64,000 bases of DNA from NCBI GenBank assembly GCA_047967505.1, contig CM106538.1. One strand, given 5' to 3'. This DNA comes from Dipteris shenzhenensis (Eukaryota). The position numbers were made by a program, and so were the translations under genes. Every line of letters begins with the position of its first letter. Positions within the stretch are counted from its first letter, which is position 1. The notes under the pieces are model-generated. The model made no database searches. It saw nothing but the letters and a program-made list of their open reading frames with translations, and had not been told where the DNA came from. Below, one piece after another: positions 1 through 13,700 of this stretch.

Positions 1-3000
1 TCAGTCTTTTTTACTTCCAGGGAGTCAGATACTTTCCTTATCTGATATGGCATGAGGGGGAAGTGAATCTTCAATTCTGAACATAAAGAAACTGGAAGGA
101 GCACACAATTATGCATTATGGGCAGAACAGTGCTTAAATGTACTTCTGTTAAAGAAGATTTCTAAGCCCATAAGGGTGAAGGGTGTCAAGCCATCTGACA
201 TGGCAGCTGATGACTGGGAAGAGCTTGATTTGTCCGCAAGGGCAGCTATCATGCTCACTATTTCTGATACTCTTGTGTTCAATGTTCAGGCTGAAAAGAC
301 CTCTTATGGCCTATGGCAGAGGCTAGAAGAGTTATATGCCCAAAAGAGCTCAGCCAGTAAGGTTTATTGGTTGAAGAAGCTGGTTGATCTTCGCATGAAG
401 GAAGGTACAGCTATGACCTCACACTTGAGTGAGTTCAATGCCATCTTTACACAGCTTATTGCACAGGGATTGAACCTTGATGAGGAGTTCAAGGCTACTT
501 TCTTGTTGTGTACCCTCCTTGAGAGTTGGGACACTTTCAAGACCACCCTGTCAAATTCGAATGTCACTCTTATGTATGCTGATGTAGAGAGCTCTCTCCT
601 TATGGAGGAGATGATCAGGAAGAATAATGCGAGCAGCAAGTCTTCAAATGCCTTGCAGGTACAGGATAGAGGCAGGACTCAGCAGAAGGGGAGATCTGCT
701 AGTAAGTCCAAATCCCGCAGTCAGTCCCGTGGCAAAAAGGATATTGAATGCTTTTATTGTGGCAAGAAGGGACATGTGAAGTCTAAGTGCTTCAAGTTCA
801 TACGGGATCAGAAAGCCAAGAAGGCTGAAACAAAGGATGCAGGCAATGGAAGCAAAGGCAAAGGCAGATGACTTGGATGCAGTGAATGTTGTAGCAGAGG
901 ACAGTGACAGTGACATACATGATGTTTTATGCTCTTCTGCTGTAATAGCACATGCTTTGGTTATTGATGGCCATGACATGCACACCTGGCTCTTGGACTT
1001 AGGTGCTTCTTTTCATCTTACTCCTCATAGGGAGTGGTTTACTTCCTACACAGGTACTTATGGAGTTGTTCATCTTGGGAACAACTATGCATGTCAGATT
1101 GCAGGGATTGGCAGTATACAGATAGTATTCCCTGATGGACGCATATTTATGCTTGATGGTGTTCGCCATGTGCCGCAAATCAAGAAAAATCTGATTAGCA
1201 CTGACTTATTGGATGACAGTGGTTACCACACCACATTTGGGGATTCCAAATAGGTGATTACTGATGGCCAGGCTGTAGTGGCTGAGGGTTTTAAGAGTGA
1301 TACCTTGTACCCTCTTTATGTTTCCAGTGTGGGTAATCATGTTGTTGCCATAACCGAGCTGCCAAAGGTTTTATTCTGGCATAGCCGGTTGGGACACATG
1401 TCTGTTAAAGGAATGCAAGAACTGTCACGTTTGGGTTATCTGCCGTCTCTTTCTTTTTCAGATTTGCCTACTTGTGATCATTGCATATTTGGCAAGCATT
1501 CTGTGACTCCTCATAAGAGGAGAACTCCCCAGAATAGAGCACCGCTTGATCTAGTGCACACTGATTTGTGTGAGATGCCACAGTTATCACTAAGGGGTGC
1601 AAAATATTTTATTACTTTCATTGATGATGCCACACGCAAAGTGTGGGTCTATTTCTTGAAGCATAAGGGCGATGCCTTAGATGCTGTCAAGAAGTTTGTT
1701 GCTCAGGTTGAGAATCGGACAGGTCGTAGGCTGAAATGCCTCAGATCCGATAATGGGGGTGAGTATGTGTCACATGCTTTTGTGCAGTTTTGCGAAGCTA
1801 AGGGCATCAAACAGGAACTCACAGCCCCTCATAATGCATCTCAAAATGGTGCAAGTGAGCGGATGAATCGAACTATTCAGGGGAAGGTTCGATGTATGTT
1901 GTCTTATGCTGCATTACCCCATGGCTTTTGGGCAGAAGCCGTGCAAACAGCAGTTCACATTATTAACAGGTCGCCAAACAAGGCTTTGGAGTTGAAAGTG
2001 CCAGAGGAGGTGTGGTCTGGCAAGCCACCTTCATATAAGCACTTACGTGTATTTGGCTGCGAGTGCTTTGCTCATGTACGCAAAGAACTGCGCACCAAAC
2101 TGGATCCAAAGTCTATCAGATGCATTTTTATGGGTTATGGTGACGAAGGTGAAATGGGGTACAGGTTATGGGATCCCGTTAAACGGAAGATTATACGCAG
2201 CAATGATGTCATCTTTAAAGAGGATAGTGTACACAAGGAACCCGTGCAACCTGTGGAATACAGGAGGGTTATTTATGATGATGTTGGACAGCAAAGAATG
2301 CCCATTTATATGCAGCAGCAGGCTGCTGCAGATAACCCTGTTCAAGAGGGTATACAGGCTGAAAATCAGCCAGATAATTTTGCCAATGATGCACCACTGG
2401 ATATGCCAGCAGATGGGGCTGTAGAACAGCCAGATATGGTGGTACAGCCACCTGTCATGCATGACGAACAGGCTGGACAGCAGCCTAATCCGGAACATTT
2501 TGTTAGGAGGAGCACCCGTGTACAACGGCCTTCTGCCAGGTTTGTTCCAGGAGCCAATAATGTGGCTGATTTTATCATGCTGACAGATTGTGGTGAGCCT
2601 TCCAGCTTCAAGGAAGCTATGGGAAGAATAGAGAAAAAGAAGTGGGAGAAAGCCATGCAGTCAGAAATGGACTCCCTACTTCAAAATGATACATGGGACT
2701 TGGTGCAGCTACCTGCAGGCAGAAAGGTTTTGCCATGCAAGTGGATTTACAAAGTCAAAGTGGATTCAAATGCTTTACCGAGGTATAAGGCCAGATTGGT
2801 TGCCAAGGGATTTAAGCAGGAGAAGGGCATTGACTTTGATGAGATCTTTTCCCCTGTAGTCAAGATGACTACTTTGAGAGCAGTGTTAGCTCTTGTTGCT
2901 CATGACGACATGGATTTATGTCAGATGGATGTGAAGACAGCCTTTCTTCACGGAGATCTCCATGATGAGATCTATATGAGTCAGCCAGAGGGATATGCTG

Positions 3001-4430
3001 TTAAAGGGAAAGAGCAGCTTGTGTGTAAGCTCAAGAGGAGCTTGTATGGACTCAAGCAGGCGCCAAGAGAATGGTACAAGAAGTTTGATGCCTTCATGCA
3101 GTCCCAAGGGTATCATAGGTGTGAGACCGATCATTGCTTGTACACCAAACAGGCAAAGGATGGCAGTTTGATGCTACTCATTCTATATGTGGATGACATG
3201 CTTATTGCTAGTAAATCTCAGCATGAGATTAGTGCTTTGAAGAAACAATTGCATAAGTCTTTTAACATGAAAGACTTGGGTGATGCAAATCATATTCTTG
3301 GCATGCGGATTACTTGTGACAGGTCCAAGGGACTTTTGTTTCTGTCACAAAAGGGGTACATTGACAAAGTACTGCAGAGGTTTAAAATGGAGGGGGGAAA
3401 GTCTATTAGTACCCCGTTGCCTCCACATTTAAAACTCAGCAGTAAGGACAGCCCCAGATCAGATGATGATAAGGCTGAGATGGCCAAGGTTCCGTATGCA
3501 TCTGCAGTTGGTTCTTTGATGTATGCCATGGTTGCCACTTGTCCGGATATTGCTTTTGCGGTGGGAGTCATCAGCTGGTATATGGCAAATCCAGGCAAGC
3601 AGCACTGGGAAGCAGTGAAAGGCGTCTTGAGGTATCTCAAGGGTACCAAAGACTTGTGCATATGCTATGGTAGGCAGGATGCATTGGTGCATGGTTTTAC
3701 AGATTCAGACTATGTAGGGAATGCAGATAACCGGAAGTCTACTACCGGTTATATTTTCACATTTGCAGGAGGTGCTATATCATGGGTGTCTCGGTTGCAG
3801 AAATGCATTGCACTGTCAACTACTGAAGCTGAATATGTTGCAGCCACTGAGGCTTGCAAGGAAGCAATATGGCTTACTCGGCTGGTGGGAGACTTGGGCA
3901 TTACAGGAGATATGCCAGTTTTGCATTGTGATAGTCAGAGTGCTATCATGTTGGCAAAGAATCCGGTCTTTCATCAGAAGACCAAGCACATAGATGTGAA
4001 ATATCATTTCATCAGGGAGGTACTGGAAGACAAGCGACTTGAGCTTGTGAAGGTGCATACTGATGATAATCCTGCAGATTTGCTCACTAAGAGCTTGCCT
4101 ACAGAGCGGTTTGCACATTGCGGCCACATCATGGGATTAGGATGAGACCATTCTTATTTTATGGTCTTGTATACATATTGCTGTAATTTTTATTCTTTTC
4201 TCCCCTTTAGGCACATTGGCCTTTAGGTGGGAGGTTGTTGGGGTAAAGGCACATTGCCACCCCTTTATTAAAGATAGGACACCTATGACTGTCTTAAGAC
4301 AGTCATAGGGTAAAACCTAATTCTAATAAAACTAATGAGTTTGTGGTGTGGTTCATCACTTCACACCCGCACACTTGAGTCTTCTCTCTCTCACACTCTC
4401 TCCCTCTTGCTCTTCTTCCCCCTTCTGGCC
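1..4430 (+). mobile_element. Ty1/copia LTR retrotransposon; 5' LTR outside window, 3' LTR truncated
   Basis: Gag-PR-INT-RT-RH domain order. A purine tract (AGGTGGGAGG) is followed by a TGTTGG LTR start at 4236. The LTR runs into gypsy sequence at about 4430. Confidence 0.9.
47..4145 (+). pseudogene. Disabled copia gag-pol polyprotein
   Basis: ATG at 47 with in-frame TGA at 53-55; CCHC knuckle CFYCGKKGHVKSKC; frameshift near 840-870; protease WLLDLGASFH; TAG at 1251-1253; integrase (HTDLC, RSDNGGEY); RT (YKARLVAKGF, YVDD); RNase H (STTEAEY, TKHIDVKYHF). Confidence 0.92.
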
Positions 4431-4431
4431 C

Positions 4432-7400
4432 TTAAGAAGAAAGCAAGGAAGAAGTAGATGAGGAACATCAGGAAGAGGAACACCGTAGTAAGAAAAAGAA
4501 GGCATCTAGAAGGAGAATTAGCCAGTCAGACTTTCCTTTAGGACAAGGAATTAGAAGCTATGACTTGTTGTCTGACCTTAAAGAAAAGGAAGCTCATATC
4601 ACCTTTGGTCAATTACTTGCTTTGTCTCCAAAACTACGGAAGGAATGGGAAAAACTAGCAAGCACAAGAGTGTCAAAGAAGAAAAAGAAGAAAAGTGCCG
4701 TTGCTGTTGTTCAAAAGGTAGTTATAGATGTTGGTGATGATGTACGTGTGGTTGATGTGATCATTGATGGTCAAGTGATTTCTAATGTGTACATTGATGG
4801 AGGTGCATCGATTAATGTCATGAGTGAGAAGACCATGATAGATGCTGATTTAAAATACTCTAGTACTACCTCTCCTTATCGCATCAAATTGGCTGACAAC
4901 ATTAGGGTTAAGACCTTGGGAGTTGTGAAGAATCTAGAAGTGGATGTATGTGGAATTTCTGTGCCGACTACTTTTTAGGTGATCCCTACCAAGCCAGATG
5001 CACGTGCCTATCCATTGATTTTGGGAAGGCCTTGGCTACGCAAGGTGAAGGCTGTTCAAAAGTGGGATACTTGAGAATTGATTTTGCAGGGAAATGATAA
5101 GAAGGTGCGCTACAACATCAGAAGCTGCAAAAAGGAAGTTGTCAAGGAGGAGTCTTCAACATCAGAGAGTTCAAGCTCTGACTTAACCGCTGAAGAAGAA
5201 GAGACAAGGTGTAGCTCCGAGGAGTCCAACTCAGAGGGTGAGGTGGAAGGAGTGGCCTTTGGTCTTTGTCTTGGTGCTGATCGGGATGAGTCAGGAAGGA
5301 ACAAGGTGGTGGTGCAAGATCCTGTAGAGACACTTCATGTGGAGGATGTGGAGCACACTAAACGACGCCAACGCAATGAAGAGCTTCTTGGTGATTCTCT
5401 ATCAGGTAGTGAGAAGCTCTAGTACTTGGATATGCTAGATGATTTTCCATGTCTCTTTGCAACAAGCTATTCACAGGTTCGACCAGTCTCTCTTGTGGAG
5501 CACAAGATTGAGTTGAAGCCGGAAAGCAAGCCAGTTGTGCAACGCTTAAGGCGATTAGGGGTGATCCAAGCTGAGGCACTAAAGAAAGAGGTAACACAAC
5601 TACTTGAGGCGGGATTCATCTTTCCTGTTGATGATTCAGAATGGATATCTCCTGTAGTTGTCACACCAAAGAAAGGAAATAAGTGGCGAGTTTGTGTGGA
5701 CTTTCGTCCTTTGAATGCATGCACTAAGAGGGATCATTTTCCTTTGCCATTCCAAGATGAAATACTAGACCAAGTAGCAGGGCATGAGATGTATTCTATA
5801 TGTGATGGGTATTCAGGGTACTTTCAAATTCGTATTCGGGAGGAAGATCAAAAGAAAACATCATTTGTCACACCTTGGGGAGTTTTTGCTTACAGAGTGA
5901 TGCCTTTTGGGTTGACCAATGCACCAGCTACATTTCAAAGGTTCATGAGTCAAGTCCTGGAGCCTTACTTGGGGAAAGTTCATACGGGTGTTTTTGGATG
6001 ATTTTTGCATTTATTCTCAGCGCATAGATCACATGGAGAAGTTAAAGATGGCCTTAGCTAGGATTGATGAAGCAAAAGGGTGTCTAAATCCTAGCAAGTG
6101 TCATTTGGCTCAAACAAAAGTAGTCTTGTTGGGGCATATTGTGTCTGAAGAAGGCTTGCAAATGAATCCTGACAAGGTTCAAGCAATCATGGCATTGCCA
6201 AGTCCTGAGAGTATTAGTGGTGTTCGCAGAATTCTAGGAAAGAGCAAGTATTATTAATGCTTTTGTGATGATTTCACAGAGATAGTGCATCGCATGAACT
6301 TGTTGACAAGAAAATGGGGTGTGGAGCAACAAGAGTCTTTCCAGCAACTTAAGGAGGCCATGAGTAAGGGCTCAATATTGAAGCCTCCTGATTGATCTCA
6401 AGACTTTTATGTAAATCCAAGTGTATCTTTGCATTCAGTTGGTGCTGTATTGCTACAAAAAGGAGAGGCAGGTAGAATGCAACCCATCTATTATGCCAGC
6501 CGATAGCTTACAGATGTGGAAACAAGGTATGAAGAAATGTAGCAGCAAGCTCTCTCTTTGGTGTTTTCCGCTCCTATTTATTACCTCGACCATTTTTTTT
6601 CCTTACCTCTCAGTTTGTATTAGCATATCTAGTTCGCAAGCCTAATCCTGGGGGAAGATTTGTAAAATGGTTGTCAGAGCTTCAAGAATTCTCTTTCTCT
6701 TTTGTCACTGAAAATACCACTAGGTCCACTATGGCAGATTTGCTCACAGGACGGGAGGATCTAGGAGAAGAAAAGAAATGTAAGGAGAACATTGAAGAGG
6801 AAAGGGATACACCACCAACAGCTTTTGTTTTGTATTTTGATGGGGCTTTTAGTCCTTCATGCCAACAAGGAGCCGGGGGGATAGTCTTGATGAATCCTGA
6901 AGGTCAAGAGGTATGGGCAAGAGGACAAGAGCTTCCAGGTATCACAACTAACAATGCAGCTGAGTATAATGCTTTGATTCTTGGTTTGGAGGGTTGTCTT
7001 CAAAGTCAAGTTAAAGAATTGAAAGTAAGAGGAGATTCTCAACTTATTATAAAGCAAATGCAAGGGCATTACAAGACAAGAAGTCCTCATTTGAAGGAGC
7101 TTAATCAAAAGGCTATGGCACAATGTAGTCGCTTTGATTTTTGCAAGTTTGTTCATATAAACAGAAAAGAAAATCAAAGGGCAGATGAGTTAGCTACTCA
7201 AGCCATTGTAGTACAAGACCGGGGGGTGGTTTCTTGGGTAGACACTGGATGGCCAAAACTACAAGATGATCAGAAATATGTGGAAGAAGGCATGTTTCCT
7301 CGAGGATTAACTCCACAACAGAAGCGGAGATTGGTTACTTTTGGCCACGCCTCCATAAGGATGTATATGAATGTCACGAATGGAACCTATCAGCTTGAGG

Positions 7401-7474
7401 ATGTTGATGGCATGGTGATACCCGGATGCACCAATGAGTATCGCCTTAAATTCTTCTATGCTCGACCACCTTGA
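4432..7474 (+). mobile_element. Degraded Ty3/gypsy pol of Tat type: protease, RT, RNase H, additional (archaeal/plant-like) RNase H, integrase mostly deleted
   Basis: Protease YIDGGASINVM; RT WISPVVVTPKK-WRVCVDFRPLN, DGYSGYFQI, MPFGLTNAPATFQR, FLDD. Second RNase H: LYFDGA...TNNAAEYNALILGL...GDSQLII...NQRADELA. Integrase tail NGTYQLEDVDG...NEYRLKFFY. Multiple stops and frameshifts. Confidence 0.88.
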
Positions 7475-7524
7475 GGGCCAGCAGACCCTCTCTGTACTAG
7501 AGAGGATCTGTTGGGGGGGAAAGA

Positions 7525-8649
7525 TGTGACGCCAAAAATTGATATTTTTAATTTGGCATTGGTATTGATTTTCTCTATGTTTGATAAGAGTTTGAGTATC
7601 AAGTGATAGCCTAGCGGCTCTCACTTATTTCTATTTTCTATGATATTGTATGGGATGGAGAGGATGAGTGGAATGGCTCATTGTAAATACCATAGGTATG
7701 AATTATAAATACCTTGGTATGGGGTGAGAGTTATTTGTATATGGGATATTATGGAGTTTTTTAGAAAATAGGAAGGGTGAGTCATATAAAGAGGTGGGCT
7801 CATGTCCATGTGTTCCAATAATATAAGAGAGGTCACATGCCAAGCGTGTGGAAGGCATGTGGAGGAGTGTGAAGTCAAGAGGAATCCTTCTAGAACTCCT
7901 ATGTGGAACAAGGAGGATGTGGACATGTGGAAAAGAGAGGGTCCCTATGGGCTCCATGTGGGGAGACTCTTGACTTTCTCAATATTTTAAGAGTCTTGAG
8001 CATCTTTTGATGGGACACATGGCACGAGTAGCCAAAAAGGACATGGATGGTGACATACGTGCTTATGTGATTGATGGGGAAAGGAATCTACAGGCAGTAA
8101 TTGTAAATGGGTGAAGGAGGGTAACAAAATCTCTATAAAAGGAGCCCTCCTCTCCCTTGTTCATGAATCTCTTCCACCATTAGGCCTCATGTTGCTGTAG
8201 CTCTAGTCTCCCCAAGCCTCTTCCATGAGCCTTCTCTCCCTCTTGTAGATATTCTCTTATGTAGACTCTTGAGTCCATCTCTCTCTAGTTTATTCTCTCT
8301 ATGAGTAGTCTTGGAGCTTCGGCTCCCTCTTGTATGTATGAAACCTCTTCTTCTCCCTTGTGTTTATAGTGTTGGAGTGGATTCTCACTCTATTTGTAAT
8401 GAAGGTCACTTCAGGTTCTCTCTCTCTTGAGTGTCTCTTCCCTTTTCTTTCTTTCAAAGCCTTAAAAGTTCTTTCTATTCGGCTGTTCACTGTGCACACA
8501 TGGTCCCTCTGTTTCCCGAGCCACCATGCAAACTTCTTCCCCTCTTCTAGGCGAAATCTATTAGGGGTGGATCGTTGATGAAAGTGGCGTCTTGAGGGAG
8601 CATCCTGCTCAGGCGAAATTAGCTTGGGTGGAGGGTAGTTTTCATGACA
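7525..8649 (+). repeat. Probable 3' LTR of the gypsy element (right end uncertain; may extend through the tandem array to ~9296)
   Basis: PPT-like GGGGGGGAAAGA immediately before TGTGAC at 7525; TATA-like CTATAAAAGG near 8133 followed by CT-rich sequence; candidate ...TGACA end. Confidence 0.6.
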
Positions 8650-9180
8650 GTTTAACCCCCTGTTAGTGTTTTGCTCATAACTTTCTGCTCGGTAGTCCGA
8701 TTATAATGAAACATATATCAGCGCGAAGCTCTCTTTAAGGCGCATGTCTCTATGTGCTTAGATCTTGAATTAGATACTGCTGCAAAATGTTATGAGTCTT
8801 TGTGTTTGACAGTCTGTTTTCATGACAGTTTTTACCCGTGTCTAGTAAACTGTCTATAACTTTTTGGTCGCTTCTCTGTTTCTTACGAAACATATATCAG
8901 CACGAAGCTCTCTTTAAGGCGCATGTCTCTATGTGCTTAGATTTTGAATCAGATACTGCTGCAAAATGTTATGAGTCTCTGTGTTTGACAGTTTATTTTC
9001 ATGACAGTTTTTACCCCCTTCCAGTAAACTGTCCATATCTCTTCAACCGTTTGTCTGTTTTCAATGAAACTTATATCAGAGCGAAGCCCATCTCAAGGTG
9101 CATCTCTTTGTGTGCTTGAATCTCTGATATCATGTCTCTACTGAAAGTTATAGGCCTTTGTGTCTAATGACAGTTTGTAG
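8640..9180. repeat. ~179-bp tandem repeat, 3 copies
   Basis: CATGACAGTTT recurs at 8643, 8821 and 9000 (periods 178 and 179), with shared core GAAAC(A/T)TATATCAG..CGAAGC...TGTGCTT...GTTAT...TGTGT. Confidence 0.85.
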
Positions 9181-9296
9181 AGTGTTTTGAGCTAAGTGTA
9201 AAGGTGTCTATGAAGGAGGTGCAATGTTTTCTTGGAATCTACCCATCCGACCCAATCATTCCCTTTAAACTCCTCGATATATATCAGTTCATGTCA

Positions 9297-10750
9297 GGTT
9301 GAGCCGCAAGATCTTCTTTCAATAACGTATCGCTCTTCTCTTTGGCGCAGACTGGCTCGCTGAGATTATGGCCTCTGTTGATCCTTTCCTTCTCCCTATG
9401 CTTGATTACAACATCACTTGGGATGTTACCATCTTCATTCTCATCTGAGGGAGGAAAGTATGGTGTGGTATCTTGGCATAAAAGCTTATTTCTAATGTCC
9501 CATTCTCAATGATAAATATCTTTGGCAGTCAGTTCGAAAGCAGCAGGAAGTGAAGAGGTGCGTGAAGTTTATTACCCCGAACTTCATGTCACAATAGTAT
9601 ACTGGATGATCATGGCAGACCACTTGGTGCCTCACTCTACATGCAGTGGTCCAGGTGGGAGAGGGGACCCGCATCATCTTTGGGGTCTTGGAAAGCTTTT
9701 CGCAGGCTTTCAGAGGAGTCCAAATCTCAGTTGACAGGACATCTCAGAGGGAGTGCAGGGAGGATCTTGCAGATTGAGGCAGCCTTTCCAGTGGATTGGG
9801 TAGACACAGATGATATGCCACTCACTTGCTCCACTTGGGGAGGCACATTTACAAGAGGTGGTGTTCCTCTTCAAGTTTTGGCCTTTCGAGATGCACATGA
9901 GGATGCTTTAGTTTTTAGTGTGCAGGATGGTGGTAGATTGCTCAAGTCCACAGAGGATATCTTGCTTCAATCTGCTTTTCAGCCTATCAGGGTTGTAGGT
10001 CTTTTAGTGCAGGGATCAGATTTAGAGTGGTTTCTCGATCCAGACACCCGGCTACTCTCCACCGGATCTTGGAGGCTTTGGCTCTAGGGGGAGTTACCAT
10101 TAGGTATTTGCAATGGGACCCTGGAGAGTGGGAGTGGATTGATGCAGGGCATCTAGAGAAGAGCATCCCCTTCTTTTGTTACACGGTCAGTAATGCCAGG
10201 AGATTTCTGCTCAGTAGTAGAGGTTGGAGACCTTCCAGAGTTCCTCATTGGGAGACATTTGATATCACTGCGGATCTGCATAGGTGCTTTTGGAGAAGAC
10301 TCTGGAAATCCCACAGGAATAGAAAGACCAGTCTCTTCTTTTGGCTTTCTATCTATGGTGGGATTGCGGTAAACCTTTGGAGATTCAGGTTCGGAGCTGA
10401 CCCTACTTGCCCTCGTTGCCTCTCTGCTTCGGAGACTATTAAGCATTGCTTATGGGATTGCAGACAAGTGAGGATGATTTGGATGGGGGTAGCTAGGATT
10501 TTTAGTCACTTTGTCCACTCCCTCTTCTTTATGACATGGGGCTTAGTGGCTTGGCTTTCTCTTACAGGGCCTCAGGTATTCTATGAGAGACTTGACTCCT
10601 CTCAGGCCATTTTGATTCGACGTCATCAGATTGAGTCCTGTTCGTTGGATGTGGTACCACACCTTCCTTTTGCAGCTTCCGCTTTGAGCTTGCTCTCGCG
10701 GGTTTTTTCTCTTACTTAATAGAAGTCTCTTTCTTGGGGAAAAGAACAAA
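9297..10750 (+). mobile_element. L1-type LINE, family A, 5'-truncated ORF2 C-terminal part with 3' end
   Basis: zf-RVT motif CPRCLSASETIKHCLWDC; 3' terminus TTAATAGAAGTCTCTTT followed by an A-rich tail; homologous to 37355-38089 and 41295-41910. Confidence 0.85.
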
Positions 10751-13700
10751 AACTTGTAGCAAAAGTCTCAAAGCAAGTAGAAGCTCAAAGCCTCAGTTAG
10801 TTAAAAAACACAACCATGCATCATTCCACAAATAGCAGACATACATGCTCAGTTAGACAAGATGCTCTGTATGGCCATCCTGTAGGACCACATAAATGGT
10901 TTATTCTCTCATGGACATCCTATAGGACCCAGAGCATGAGGTACATCAAGAGCATATGCAAGCACTCGGTGCAAGCAAACAAAAGTGAACCAACAACTTT
11001 GGCATCAAGTGCCATCAGAATTATGTGGCAGTGACTGCAGTTTACGACTTCCTATTTTTGTTCTAGCAGGTAGGTCATCATGCTTCCCGACGATAGCAGT
11101 GACCACAGTATGCTATCCTTTCTCAGAAAGATAGGTAACACTGGCATCATAAACAATGCTTCAACTTGCACTGCACAATTGATGTTGCATATTATATGAT
11201 TTGCAGAGCCCGGCATAGCAAACCATATCCAAATACAAAACCATCTCAACAGAGTTGGCAGACTCTACCATTTTTTTACATGTACATGTATATTTAAGAT
11301 TAAAAGATAAACAAGATACACATGCAATATATGCTTTGGTAACCAACTCATATACCATGTATAGATAGTTTGATAGTGATTAGTACACTGATCTAGAAGT
11401 CTCGTTGCAGAATATGGTCAGCAAGTGGTACCTCGAGTGAATCAACAATGTCACCAAGCGACTTCTAGATATCCGAAGTGTTCTTTACCCAGGAAGTGGA
11501 GGTGCTACCCCCCCTCTTGAGCATCAGGCAATGCTCAGGAACAACGCTCTACTGAGCCTGAAAGCCACAACCGAAGTTGGCTCAAATTGAAAGTAGAGTT
11601 GCATCAATTGACGTGAATTTGCCAGTTCACCCTCCTCCATCCACATCACATCCAAATAGTGACGAGGAAACTCTACCACTGTGTGCCAATAACTGTTCTT
11701 GAATCAAGATCTTGCCTTGTTCCTCCGTCTCTGGCTGCTCCTCATGAGGCATATACTTTGGCACGTCTTGTGCTTTCACTGCACAACATCTTGGCTGAAT
11801 TCTCTTGGCTGAATTGTCTTAGCAACCACAGGCCTCACTTTTTGAGAGAGCAATGGAACCATTGATAGTGGCCTTTAGGAACCCCAAAGGGCGGTGAACA
11901 GGAAATTTTTAACAAGGAAATACGATAATTTTTGCCACTTAGAGAGTTAATACAGGCAACCAGAAAATAATAACATCCAAACAAATAAACACAAGCAGCT
12001 AGATTGTTCCTGTCATGAAGCGGAATACCAGATTGCACCCTTTTTGGTATTTCTTTATCTTTATTCAGAAGGCAACCGTATTGCAAAAGTACTCTTTTGC
12101 AAAACTACTCTTTTGCAACTGTCCAAACCCAAACAACTGAATATTCAGTTCACATGCACTTCCGTCCTGCTATGCAATCAGTTCATGACTCAGGTAGGCA
12201 TCCTAGTCCAATGCGAAATTCCATGGCAACCCTTATCAAGTATTTGGATGAACAATTCTAACCTGGCAGCTCCAAAGGAGTCCTGGTAGAATAGAGACCA
12301 ACCAAGTCTATCAAACCAACCAAGTCTGTCCTGTAGCTCTAAAAGAGTCCTGGCAGGATAGAGACCAACCAAGTCTGTCCTGGCAGGACAGAAACCAACC
12401 AAAACAACCAACCCTGGCTGTTCTAGCGCTCTGAAAGGTTATAAGCAGCAAGGCAAAAGCTTCTGAAGGTTTCAATTCCCTGCTGTCTGGAGTTGGCATG
12501 GAACACAAACCCAGAAACTGGCCTAGCAAAGTAGGTGAAATTAATATGGTCCACTCCTGGCTGAAGGCGAATCCTTTGTAGCAAATACCTGGCAGCTCAT
12601 AGTGGATGGCGAATCTTCTTGGCTGCACTAGGCAGCCCTGCAACAGATTGCGAATCAGCCTGGCTGCTCCCTGTCTGAAAGGGAATTGCCCTGCTCTGAC
12701 TGAAAAACAAAATTCCCTGGCAGGTCCCTGACTGAAAAACGGACTTTCCTAACGATTTCTTTGGGAGGCTTCGTAGCACAAAAAAATAATTCTTCTGGAG
12801 GCTACTAGCACAAAAACGAATTATTCTTGAGGCTTCTAGCGCAAAAACGAATACGTTTTGGAGCTTTTGGCAGCCTTGGCAGCTCTCAAACAGCACATAG
12901 ACTGCTATAGTAGTCAAAAATCAGCAAGGCGATTTGTTAGAACAACCTTGGGGCACTTTCCCAGCCTGTGACTTGTCTCTCTTTGTCTTTCTGTCGTCCA
13001 GAAACCAGCCCTGAAAGCAAATTTTGACTTTTTTACTTGCTTTCCAAGCAAGTTAGCCAAACGTGGCCCAGGGAGCTAGTTTTAGCAGTGGGATTCTTAC
13101 CCCTCTCTAATCTTTAGTCCCTTCCCTTGGCCCATGGAATTAGTTGCATTGAAGTGGCCTTTTAACAAATAATTCATCAAAAGGCCATGGTATTCACCAT
13201 AAATTACTCTAAGGTCCAAAATTTCACGTCTCGATGACACTTTGGCTACTGCTCCAATGGGTTCACTTTGCGCTCGGCTTGAGGACTTCGGGAACTTTTG
13301 TCGCGCATGATGCTTTTTTGTCGGGTTTTGTCTATAGGAAGTCTTTTCTCCACTCTCCTTAAGCACCTCCAGGGTCCCTCACTCTCGCCTTCAAGGGTAG
13401 TAGAACTATTCGGCATAGGATCTCTCTCCTCGAGGACCCTAGGATACCAATTCACTCTTGCTACTCAACACTAGCAGTGTCCCACCGTGATTGCCATAAA
13501 CTGTGTGAGGGGAGGGGTCTGATCTCTTCCGGAGGTTATACCAAAGGCCTTAGGCCACTGGTGATGCGAAACTACTAGTGACTTCCTTGTAAATGTCGGT
13601 GCAAAGGATTGCGCAGTGATGGTGTAGGCGAGGCGCGGCATGGCACGCAACGAGTATGGAGTGGATAGTGGTGCCAATGATGGTGCAAGAATCCCCTTGG

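Noticed and set aside
11050-11260. WFAMPGSANHII on the minus strand as a copia protease site
   Set aside because: It lacks the catalytic Asp and no adjacent copia domains are recognisable.
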